Source: Lama guanicoe (taxonomy: Eukaryota). From it: a DNA stretch of 64,000 bases. Position numbers and translations under genes: made by a program. This document shows, piece after piece, positions 36,901 to 49,200 of this stretch (positions are counted from its first letter, which is position 1; every line of letters begins with the position of its first letter). The stretch spans positions 932,276 to 996,275 of the forward strand of contig MU057344.1 in the NCBI GenBank assembly GCA_013239625.1, given 5' to 3'. The notes under the pieces are model-generated. The model made no database searches, was not told the DNA's origin, and worked only from the letters and a program-made list of their open reading frames with translations.

Positions 36901-39900
36901 CTGCCCGAACAGGCGTCCCCCTCCAGGCACGGTGGAGACACGCAGGTGGCCGTGCACAGGGCAGAGCGGACCCCACCTGGGCAGACCGAGGCCGCTGCTG
37001 CTGTTTCCCTGAGCACCTGCGGCCCTAGTTAGGACGGTCAGGGTCCTGACACCTCGCTTTCAGAGCCCTTAGCCTGAGGTCCCCGCCTCCCACCAGGGCC
37101 CATGGGTAAAACTGTGGACCTGGGTGGGGAAGGTGACTTTTCCCCCTGACTCAGAGCCACCACTTCCTCCCACCTGGCAGCCACCTGGGGGTGGCGCACG
37201 GCCCTCCCACGAGGCCCCGGCCTTGGGGTGTCGCCGTTGGCGCTGGGTCTGTGTTGAGGCCTGCGTCTGGGGAGGCCAGCAGCGCCTCCCTTTTCTGACC
37301 CTGTGCCCTCGGGCTGCTTCCACCCCTGCAGACTCCCTTCCTGTTCTGTCCAGGGCGGTGCTGGGCAGCTCCGTACCCGGCCAGTCGGGGAGCCGCCCTC
37401 TACACTGCCAGGGTCGCCCCAGAACCGGCAGCTGGGGAGTGTCAGTCCCCGTGGAGCAGCCGGAGCTCTGCGCGTGAAGGAGTCGCGCTGTGCCCTCAGG
37501 CCTCAGCCCAGTGCCGCCAGCCGGCATCTGGGGTGTGCTCTCCCCTTTCTTTTCTCCCCACACGTGTTTTCTCTGCTTTAACATATCCAAGGTGGGGCAT
37601 GAGGAATGATCGGAGGCTGCAGGGCAGGCCCTGGCGGTGTTCCCCTAGGCCCTCACTCCTGTGGGCCCTAGATGTCCAGGTCAGGGGCCAGCGTCCAAGC
37701 TGCTGGAACCTGGGGCTCTCAGTGCAGCACTGGGGGTTGGGGGACTCAAATCCAAGGAAAGCTTCATCCTTGACCCAAAACCTTCCTCCCCCTACCCTAC
37801 CCTACCCCACCTCGGGCCTCAGCACAGGGCACAGGTGCCCATGGTCCGTCCAGGGCAGAGAGGAGCCCCCACTCTGCTTGCGGGGCCAGCCTGTAGTGCC
37901 CTGGGACTCAGGCGCTAAGTAGGGCCTTTGTGAGCCTGAGGCCTGGGGCTGTTGCCAGAAGCCGCCCTGGCTCCTAGTGGCCCCCCATCTGCCTGCTGTC
38001 CTCCGTGCTGGTCTTGGAGGATGGCCACCTCCTGACCTCCCCACCCATAGCTAGTGCCTGTGATCTGGCTGACACCCTGCCGTGGTCGACGTGGCTGTCG
38101 TGGGGGTGAAGTCACCCCCAGGTTGTTCTCCCAGATCTTTGCAGGTTGCGCAGGCCCCTGGGTGACACGCACAGACCCCGTGTGAGGTGTGCTCTGTGGG
38201 CAGACACATGTGTCCTGACCTCGGTGTCAGACACGTGTGGCTCTGCGCGTTCCTGGGTAGGGGCACTCTGTGGGTGGGGGTCTCCTGGGGCCAACCCACG
38301 GCTTGGCACTGTGCTGGCAGCTTCTGGCACCGCTGCCTGGGCGTGTCCTGGGCCCGTAGACTGGCAGTGAGGCGCACAGCAGGGTGAGGAGGTGGGCCTC
38401 ACCTCCTTGCAGAATGGGACGCGTGGCTGTCACCGCGCGCAGCCTGTCCCTGGCCACCTGCGGCCGCTGGGACTGGTCCAGGCATGAAGCAGCTCCTACT
38501 TCCCAGGGCTGCAGGTGAGGGAGAGGCAGCGGGGCCTGTCCCACACGCGCCCCTGTGCTGCCTCCTCACTGTCACAGCCGTCCCTGGGCTTCGTGGAAGG
38601 CACGGGGATTTCTCCTCTCATGGGCGTCTGAGCGGTTGGCACCTGAGTGGCCTCGGCCGGCCACATCCTGGGGTTGACAGTGGGCTCGCGTGGGGCCGGG
38701 GGTGGGGGTGAACAGGAGGCCGGGGGCTCGAGGCTGCGTGGGGGTGGCCTGGTCTCTGCGGCCCAAGTCATCTGTCCCACACATCCCCTTGGCGTCGCTG
38801 GGGTTTCTCAGCATCTGCTCAGCTGCTGCGGCTTCTCTGTCCGTGAGAACTCGGCTCAGACAGGAAGCCCCACCCCGGCAGGGGTCCTGGCCCCGCCCGG
38901 CCCAGCCCCGCACGCACTCGCCGTGGGAGGCGGGCAGACTCGGACTCGCTTCCCCTAAAAGGCAACAGCAGGTGGGCTTTTCTTTCCTGAGTGAGTGTTT
39001 GCGGGTCTGAGCAGACCACCCACGGCCGCCTACGGGTCCAGCCCCGAACCTTCTTCCAGGGGCAAGGTGGGCAGGCTGCCCCCGGGCAGCGATGGAGGCT
39101 GGTGCGTCCTTGCATCTGCCGCCCGGTCCCATAGGTGCAAGGTCACTGTCTGTCTTCCCTGTTTCTTGGGGCAGAATTAGGGAGTCAGGCTGTGTGGGGT
39201 CAGGGGAGGCGTCGTGCTGGCTCCTTGGCTCTGTGAGTCTGGGTGGAACCTTAAACCTCTTGAGTTTTGTGGTGATGTCCTGGTGAGCTGGCACCTGGCT
39301 GACCACGTCCCTCCCACCCCCCACCCCCCGGGGAGCACGTGCCCCAAGGGCCAGTTCAGGAAGTGTTCCCTGATGCAGAGGGAGCGCCACATCCGCTACC
39401 CACTCCGAGGTCAGGCCTGGGGACTGACCGGGCGTCGTCCTCTTGGCCCCTTGCCGTCGGTGGGTGCTGGCGTGTGGCCCGTGCTGTGGCCTCTCAGGCA
39501 CACCCACAGCCTCGTAGTTTCTGCTCAGCCCCGAGCCCGTGGCGGGGAACGTCGGTCTTCCAGACGCTGCTCTGTTTTCTCAGGGAGGGACTCTGTCCTC
39601 GGGAATCTGACACCAGCCTGGGGTCTGCTCGGACCACGGCGTCCAGCAGACCCAGAGCTGGGGGCCGGGCAGCAGCGCTGACAGGGAGACTTGGGAAGGC
39701 CGAGGGGCTCCTCTCCGGCCCAGCGCACTTGTTTCATCTGGGGAGTGTTTCTTCGGGGCGGGTGGGGTAGGGGCTGCTCCGCTGCCGCGTGTGTAGCCGC
39801 CCCAGGCCCACAGGGAGTCTTTGATGTTAGTTCCAGTTGGTGAAATCCAGAAACTCTGGAGGTGTTGTGTGATGCTCCCTGAAAGCTCTGGGCGGCCCCA

Positions 39901-40227
39901 GGGGGGCCCTACACTCAGCCAGTGAGCCTGCCTGCTGGGCTGTCCCTCCCACACGCGAGGGTGGAGGCAAGGGTCCCTTCTGAACCAGAGGGCCCTCAGC
40001 TCCTGTCGGCTGCCTGGCACCAGTCCCCGTGACATGTGCAGGGCTGCAGTGGGACCAGTCCCACGGTGAGCGGCACCAGAGCAGCTCCAGCTGTCCCCGC
40101 ATGCGGCAGGGCCTCCGTGTCACTCACAGAACACACCTCATACAGGATTGAGTTTGGGGGCCGGAGACCCTGCCCTAGGCCTGGAGATGCCACCCAGCCT
40201 GCCAACAGAACTGTCCTGTCCTCACAG

Positions 40228-40350
40228 GTCACCTCTGAACCCCCGGCCTCCATAAGGAAAGCAGATGACACCCCCTCCCAGCACCCCACGTCCTCTGAGA
40301 AGGACAAGCCGTCTGGCTGGCTGCGGACTCTGGCCGGCTCCTCCAGCAAG
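40228..40350 (+). CDS. SKI: SKI proto-oncogene, coding exon 2 (123 nt)
   Basis: Translates [41 protein letters not shown], matching mammalian SKI. Acceptor cacAG; donor AAG|GTTCTC. Confidence 0.95.
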
Positions 40351-40443
40351 GTTCTCCTCGGCCAGCAGCCAGGGCGGGCGGGCGGGCAGATGGGCAGCCC
40401 TCAGCCTCTGACCGCACATCTCTGCCTCCATGTCTCCCAACAG

Positions 40444-40559
40444 AGCCTGGGCTGCGTCCACCCCCGCCAGCGCCTCTCCGCCTTCCGACCCTGGTCCCCT
40501 GCGGTCTCTGCGAGTGACAAAGAGCTCTCCCCGCACCTCCCGGCCCTGATTCGAGACAG
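40444..40559 (+). CDS. SKI: SKI coding exon 3 (116 nt)
   Basis: [38 protein letters not shown](S). Acceptor ccaacAG; donor AG|GTGAGT. Confidence 0.97.
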
Positions 40560-40952
40560 GTGAGTACCAGGCCCCAGAATGGGTACCAGACCCCAGGATG
40601 AGAGCCAACGGGCGAGGCAGTTTCCTGCTTTGATCATCCCTGAGCCTGTATGTGCTCGGCATGGCCTGGAGGCTACCTGTCAGGTCCAGGCTCTCCGGTC
40701 AGGGCAGCCACAGACATGCTGGTCCTTTTTATGGCATCAGGAGAGGGCGTTAGAATTGCATGTGATTGGAATCTAGAGCCTCCTCTACACTGGGTGCCAG
40801 TTCCGGCTTCTCTGGGCCCCCGTCTGGAGTGTCCTTCTCCCTCACACGTCTGCAGGAGCAGGTCCCGAGACGAAGGGTGCATGCTGGCCGTCAGAAGGGG
40901 GTGCAGGGGCGGGGGGGGACACCAAGGCACCAACGCCCACCGTCCCCTGCAG

Positions 40953-41215
40953 CTTTTACTCCTACAAGAGCTTTGAGACGGGTGTGGCCCCCAACGTGGC
41001 CCTGGCACCACCGGCCCAGCACAAGGTGGTAAGCAGCCCGCCATGCGCCTCCGTTGTCTCCCGGGCCCCTGAGCCTCTTGCCACCTGCATCCAGCCTCGG
41101 AAGCGGAAGCTGACCATGGACACCCCGGGAGCCCCAGGGACGCCAGCCCCCGTGGCCGTCCCGGAGGATGACAAGGACTCGGAGGCTGAAGTGGAAGTGG
41201 AGAGCAGGGAGGAGT
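40953..41215 (+). CDS. SKI: SKI coding exon 4 (263 nt), includes the PRKRKLT NLS-like motif
   Basis: [20 protein letters not shown]...[13 protein letters not shown]...[12 protein letters not shown]. Acceptor cccctgcAG; donor T|GTGAGT; phase consistent with exons 3 and 5. Confidence 0.97.
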
Positions 41216-41219
41216 GTGA

Positions 41220-41771
<552 letters not shown>

Positions 41772-42075
41772 TGAGGAGGGGGCTGGAGACCGAGGTTGGG
41801 GCCACCTGCATCCTCCGCTTCCGCTGCTGCCTTTCTCTGCTGTCGGAGCTCTCAGCGCCTCGGGGAGGGCGGGGCCCCTGCACGGTGGCTTTGCGGCCTG
41901 GACCCCGGGTCTTAGCTGCATTCACACTTCCACCAGCGTCCGGCAGCTCTGGGACAGCTTCACATGTGGGCTCTGAGCACAGCCCAGCCCCAGTCACCCC
42001 GGGTGCCACCGTCCTTCCAAATGGGTTTCAGGCACTCGCTCAGAGCCTCCACCCCATTTCCCTGCTTCTGGTTGA

Positions 42076-42663
<588 letters not shown>

Positions 42664-43215
42664 TAGGGTAATGGGCAGGCGTGGGCACCGCTGGCGCCTC
42701 GGGGACCCTCTCACCTCATTGGTCACCCAACCCCAGCCACAGCAGACTCAGGCGCTGCGGGACTTCAGGCCCGGCCTCCGCGGGAGGTGTCGTGGCCTGA
42801 GGCTCTCCAGCCTCCTGCTCTGGGGGAGGGCTGCACCCCCACTTCACGCACTTTTGAATGACTGGCATGTCCCGATTGGCCATCCTGTCCGGCCAGGGTC
42901 TGAGAGATGGGGCTGTGGGTGCGACAGCCCCTGCTCTGGCCTCACAGCCGCCTAGGAGCCTAAGCTGGGCAGCAGGTCCCCCAGGACCTCGGGAGGGCGT
43001 GCTGAGGCCACTGCGCTCGGGGCAGTCCGAGCAGGTCGGTAGCAGAGCCGCCCGGGCTGCTGTCCTGGTGCCATCCAGGACGCCCCCCAGGCCCTGCTGG
43101 GCTTGGCCTGGCTCCCAGAAGGCAGTGGGTGGGCGAGCCTGGGCACGGGGAGGGAGGGCTGGACCGGGGCGGCGTCCGTGGGGTGGGCACTGCTAATGCA
43201 GGACGTTCCTTGCAG

Positions 43216-43404
43216 ATCGAGGACCTGCAGGTGAAGCTGCAGCACGCGGAGGCCGATCGCGAGCAGCTGCGGGCCGACCTGCTGCGGGAGCGGGAGGCCC
43301 GGGAGCACCTGGAGAAGGTGGTGAAGGGGCTGCAGGAGCAGCTGTGGCCACGGCCCCGCTCCGAGGCTGCAGGCGGCGAGAGCACAGCCGAGCTGGAGCC
43401 CTAG
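43216..43404 (+). CDS. SKI: SKI coding exon 7 (terminal, 189 nt to stop)
   Basis: [45 protein letters not shown]...AELEP*. Acceptor ccttgcAG; TAG at 43402-43404. Confidence 0.97.
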   Translation: MEDLQVKLQHAEADREQLRADLLREREAREHLEKVVKGLQEQLWPRPRSEAAGGESTAELEP

Positions 43405-46230
43405 CTGGAGCCCGCTGTCTGCTGTGCGGGTGTGGACGCCGCAGGGAGGGGCGGGCAGGCGGGCGGCACGCCAGCGGCGGGGCCCTCTGTGCCCGGCGGG
43501 GCCTGCCCCTCTCTCCAGTCCATATAGCACAACGTCTTACTGTGCCTATAACCAAGCAAGTGTTTGGAACCACATACTTTTGGAATCCACTGCAAAATTT
43601 TCTACTGGCCAAGTTCAAGTGAGCAAGCCGGCCCCCAGGTGCAGCTGGAGACGAGGCCAGCTGGTGGCTGCGCCTGGCCCTGCGCTTGCCAGAACATTCT
43701 AACATTTACACTTTTGTTATAAGCTATTTAAAACCAATAAGGAGACTTGATGTTCAGAAAATTCAACATGTTTTTTAATGACTAACTTTTAAAAGCCCCA
43801 CCCACACGTGACACCACCTGAGGACCCGCCAGGGAGCCGGGGTGGCTGCTGCCCTGCCCCTCAAAGCCATCACAGCTCATCTGTGCCCGCAGTTGCGTGA
43901 GGACACGAAGGGTTTTTCTCCAGAGTCTATTTTTTCAGCGACAAGGACCCAGGTCTCCTGTGCTGCCACCAGGAAGGGCACGGAGAGCGTCACGCACGCC
44001 TGATGAGCTGGAACCCGCCGCCTTACGCCGCCCGCGCCCCGGCCCTGCGCCATCAGCACGTGTGTCTGCAAGCACCGTCCAAGGGGCGCCGTCGTCAAGG
44101 GATGCCGGGAGGCAGGTCCACGCTGGCCGGCACACGCGCCCTCGACCACGCCACCCTCTCAGTTCTGCAACATCGCTCTTCTGTCTGGGGACTGAGGCTG
44201 CAGCATTGGAACAAAACACAGCATTATTTCATTTTTTCTTTTTGTTTGTTCGTTCATTTAAGCGTATATTTAGAACTGCACTTTGTCAAAAATCTTCCCT
44301 TCTCTTTTTATTCCCCAGTTAACTGAGGTTTTTACTTTCAACATTGCAAACTGATTTCTAGAGCATCCAGATCCTAAGTGCTCGAGTGTTTGGAAACCCC
44401 TCTGGTGCTTGGTTGAACACGGGAATCACATGAAGATGAAGATGCAAAAACCGAACTTCGGGGGGTAGTTCTGTGCCTTCCAGCGTCTTGTACAGCAAAC
44501 CCTGACTCATTTTTTTACCCCCAAATATGTCTTCAGTAGCGATTGAATCTGCCACTATTGAAATGAGTTAACTTGCATTTATTCCAAATAATCTCGTTTA
44601 CTCAACTGTATGCGAATTGTATAAGGTTTCTTATGCCCAAGCTTAAAAAGTGATTCCCAGTAGACGAGGTGGCTGCCCGTCCTAAAGTTGTGGTATTTAT
44701 TTGTGCAGAAAGATCTTCCCAGAATTCTTTGCTTGCCGCTGATCCAACACCGTGGCAGCCGTGAGCGGAGCCGGGAGGCGGAGGTGGCTGGTGCAGGACG
44801 GTGGCTGCGGGAGGTGGTGACACCGTTGCCAAGTCGAGCAGAGACTGGGTGACGGCATCGTCTGTGGGATTTTGCCCTTGGTTTACTGGGTAGGGCCAGG
44901 TGCTGCTGGACCCCCTTCTCAAGTGCAATGCAAAAGGGACATCATGTGTATGCAGCGTTCGTTTGGTTCTGTTTTTTGTTTTTTAATTTTTCTGCTTTTG
45001 TTTTTCTTTGCAGTTTTACTCAGTCTGTATGCATGGACTCTAACCCTCTGCCACACGTGCGTCCACCGACGGGCATTACTACCGTGTCCTATGTAGGGTC
45101 GGCTGCGTCCCGCAACACTCAGAATGCTGTGTTTAGCCTTGTTTTTCCAGAGTTGTGTTTTTCTGTCATTTCTTCAAGGGAAACTAAATGATTTAGTTGC
45201 AGCAAAGCTTTAAGTGTGTCAGTGTGCTTCTGTGTGGCTGTGCTCTGTTGCCAAGTCTGCAAATCATGGTGAGATCAAGAGGCCCCCGGGACCCACTGCC
45301 CGAGGCCACCTGGTTTGCGCTGCTTACTTTTTGAGTTTTTAGGCTCCAGAGGGAGGTAATTTTTCTAAGCTGGGGTTGTGGGGTGGAGGGTGGGCACTGG
45401 CTCTCCCTCCCCTGGAACCACCCCCCTCCTGGCACCTGCACGCCTCGGCCACTGGGCCCAGGTGCCCGCTGCCCGGCCTCGTCCCCGGTCTGGGGGAGAA
45501 CGGGGGTGCGGGTCCCCAGGCCCCCGCTGGTGCAGCTGCAGTCGGAGCCCTCTTCAGGAAAAGGGAGGAGAGGGGTCTGTCTCGCAGGCTGCCGGCTCTC
45601 CCTGTGTGTGACGCCATTATCGGAATGGTTGTGTGTTCAGTGTAACCACCTGTTGTTTCCACGCTGAAAGGGTTTTAATGAAGGGAAAGAAACCACAGCA
45701 ATAACACTCATCCACGGAGCAGCTAACTCAGAACATTCTGCTTTTCCTACAGAACTAGCCGGTGTGAAAAGGCCCGGCCGTGTAAATAGCTTTCCTTTTA
45801 CACTCGTGTGTCATGCGTGTGTACGGTGGTTCCTTTTCAGGTCTCCCTTCTTACCTGGTAGCTGTCCTGTTTCCCGGGCTGTTTTTAACCTAGGAGGAAC
45901 ACGCCCCAGGGCACCGAGCCCACCGGTTCCGTCCCCTCCCAGCCCGTTGGGCCCGGGGGGCCGTCTTGTTCTCGCTTTAAGTCAGGAGTCACAAATGACA
46001 CTTTTTTTTCAATTAAGGAAAAACCCACAGCTCCACCTGCGAACCCGCCAGGAGCGCCTGCATCTCGCCCGGTCTCTCCTTCGCTGCTGCTAATGACGTC
46101 ATGAGGACTTACGCTACTACTCGAGAACTATTTTTATGTAATTAATGTATGCTTTCTTGTTTATAAATGCCTGATTTAAAAAGAAAACAAAGAAAAAGCT
46201 TGGCATATTTATCTATTTCTCTGTGTACCC
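43405..46230 (+). other. SKI: SKI 3'UTR (3' end approximate)
   Basis: Alternating AU-rich and GC-rich blocks with miRNA seed matches after the stop codon. AU-rich character ends at about 46230. The cleavage site cannot be determined from sequence. Confidence 0.75.
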
Positions 46231-49200
46231 ATTAGTCCTTTGGCGCCCCTCCCCCAGAAAAGTGTTCAGTACAGGACTGAGCGCGTGCTTGGCCTCCCGG
46301 ACCCCTCTCCTGGACTCCTTGTCCGCCTTCCAGTCAGACCATGGGGTCCTTCAGTGTCCACCGACCCCAGTGGACATGGGCACAAGCTGGCAGGTCCCCA
46401 CTGGGCTGTCCTCTATCCCTGTCAGTCTGGCCAAACCGGCAACTCCTTGTACCGTGGCCGTTAGCTGGAGGCCCTGCTTGGCCAGATCAGGGGCATGAGA
46501 CGGGCTGGAAGGGCCTTTCCCGCCTGTTCTCCATGAGGCCTGGAGACCTGCCCTCTCCTCCCAGGGACAGGTGGCCAGCTCCCTGCAGAACCGCCCGTCT
46601 TAACTGGGGCGGGGCTGGGGGTGTCCTGAGGGAGAAACAGAGGGGCTCCCCTAGACTGCACACCCCACTGTGCTGGGCCCAGGAGTGCCAGACTGCCCCT
46701 TCTCTGGGCTTCCTGCCACCACCCACTTCTGGCCTTCCAACCCAGGCCCTGACCCCTCCCAGATCATCTGTGAGGCAGATGGGAGCCCAGGTGTACCAGG
46801 CCTGTGAGGGGCCCTGTGTCCCTGTCTCCCCCCAGCCTTGGAAGGCCCCCTCGAAACCTGAGCCTGGAAGGTCTCCCAACCCCACCACCGCACATAGATC
46901 CCCAGGAGCCCCAGGGAGGGGTGCAGGGTGGGCTGTGGTGTGGACGGAGAAGCCCAGGTTCTACCCACACCAGGCTGGGGCAGGGGAGACCGTGGGGCCC
47001 AGGAGAAAGAGCCCTGCTCCCCCAGCTTCTGCCTGTCTTTCATGGGGACTCCCCAAGCCCCAGAACCCGGTCCCTCCATTAGCTGCCCTTCTAGGGTTGG
47101 GGGATGGGGCAGAGGAGGGGAGGCAGGCGGTGTGAACTTGAGGCTGGGCCCTAAACTGCAGCCCCGGACCCCCACTGCTTCCTGCTGTGCCCCAGGCCCA
47201 GATGTGTGCAACACACCCCTGGGCAGGTACAGCCAGGGTCCCAACAGCCTCTGCCCCTCAGCACAGGTGTCCCCCAGGCCTGGCTCCCGTCTCTCTCAGG
47301 AGTGGCCTCCCACTGACCTGTAGGGCCCCTCTCCCCAGGTAGGGCTGGACCCTGTGTGAGGTGCGCACCGCCCCCCCCCCCCCCGGGAGAGAACAGGCGG
47401 CCAGAATGTCCGTGCTACTGGGCCGCGCGGTCCCTCTGCCTGGCCACTGCCTGGCACCGTCCATCCGAGGGCTGCCCCTCACCACTGTCTCCTGGGGTCT
47501 CCAGGGTGGACAGCCGTCTACCGCGGCCAGCCGGCGGTCCCAGGGGCACCCCTGTTGGCATGGACGTGGGCTGAGGGCCACCGAGGCCCTGCTCACTCTC
47601 AATGCCAGACACTTGCACCTTCCTCACCTCCGCCGGGCCCACCAGGATGGGCAGTGTGACCAAGGGTGATGTTAAGAGACCTGTCCAGACTGGCCGCCCC
47701 CAGGGCATCGTCCCAGCCACATGGGTGCCCTCCGCTGCGCAGTCCACTGCCGTGCTCAGAGCTGCCGAAGGCTAGTTCCAGGCCCTGCCTGGCAACAGCC
47801 TTCCCTCCCCCTTCCCCGGAGCATCTCCTGCCAGCGGTGCCCAGACCCCTCGGCCCTCCTGGCTCCCACCCTAGCTCACCACTGAAACAGCCCATGTGCC
47901 ATCTGAGGTCCCCACTGCGAGAGAAATGAAGGGTCCGGGACCCACGGTGGGGAGGGAGGTGCTCCTGAGGGAGGTGGGGGCCATCTGGGGGCTGGGAGAC
48001 CCCCGAGGGCCTTCCCTGTGGTGGTCGGCCCTGGTGGAGGCCATGCTGTGCAGCGTGTGCTGCCCCCTGGCCACTGTGGGTGCTTGACCTGCCAGGCCCT
48101 TGGAGCTGGGACCTCAGGGCTCAGCCACCCTCCTGCGCTGCTGAGGTCACTTCTGGTTGTAAGCCGACAGCACCCCGGTCCAGGGCAGGCAGGATGGGTG
48201 TCAGAACCCCCTTCCCAAGGCCATAGTGAAGCGCCCTGGAGGGAGGTCAGGCTGGGAGAAACCTCTCCCCAGGAATTCCCGGCAGCCCCAGGCCAGGTGA
48301 GGGCAAAGGTTACGGAAGACGGAGGTGGCCTGCCCTCCCCCACACCAGCAGGGCCTCTGTGGGGACCCACGGGGCTGTCCGACAGCCTGGCCTTGTCTAC
48401 CCAGAGCCCTGGGCCGGAATGAGGTGCCCACACTGGCAGTTCTTGGCCCCCTCCCCTATTGGTGCCGGTTTCCAAACCCCCCAAGGCCTGGGGATGAAAT
48501 GAGCCCAGGGCAGGGGGAAGGGGTCACCCCTGGGATCCTACATAGGCCCCCAGCTTCTGTTCCCACCCCGTGACCCCCACCCCTAGCTTTCACTTCTGCT
48601 CTGTCACCAGCAGACTGGGCCCCACCCTGGCCCCCTCAGCTCCCAGCTGTGCCTGCCTGCCTCTGTCTTGGGGTCCCCACCCCTCCTCTTGTCTGTCAGC
48701 CCTGAGCCGCAGTCTGGCCCCCTCAGCCCCCGCGCCCCACCCTGTGGTCAAGGGGGCTGACCGCAGGGGCCCTAATCTGGGGAGGCGGATGCCAGGCGCA
48801 CCCTCCGTGGAAAGAGGAAGCCGCCTCCCCACTTAACAGTAACAGCTGGCACGGCCCATCCTCCCCCCAGAGCCCCCAGCGTGGCCCCAGCTTCCACCCC
48901 ACCCACCCCCGCAGCACAGATCCAGCTGTAGCCAGCGGCCCCCTCCCTGGCCCCCCTGGCCCCGGACCTTGGCCTGCCCTGCTCGCTGCCCCCTGACGCC
49001 TCGCCCCTCTCCCTCATCCCTGCCCTGCCCCAGGGTCACTCCTTGCTGGCCAAGAAGAGCATGCTGGAGGCTCGAGGAGCAGGTCTAACTCGGACGAGCG
49101 CAGTCCACGAGACCCCCAGGTCCTCCCGACCACGCTGTGCCAGGCCTCCAGGCAGCTGGTGGTCCCATCTGGGCTGGCCAGGGGCCCCAGCTGCACTCTG

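Larger units (their letters stand above)
1..40227 (+). other. SKI: SKI intron 1 (distal part; exon 1 lies upstream of the window)
   Basis: No SKI exon 1 (DHD/SAND) sequence recognised in the window. The region ends at acceptor ctgtcctcacAG (40226-40227), immediately before the exon 2 peptide. Confidence 0.9.
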
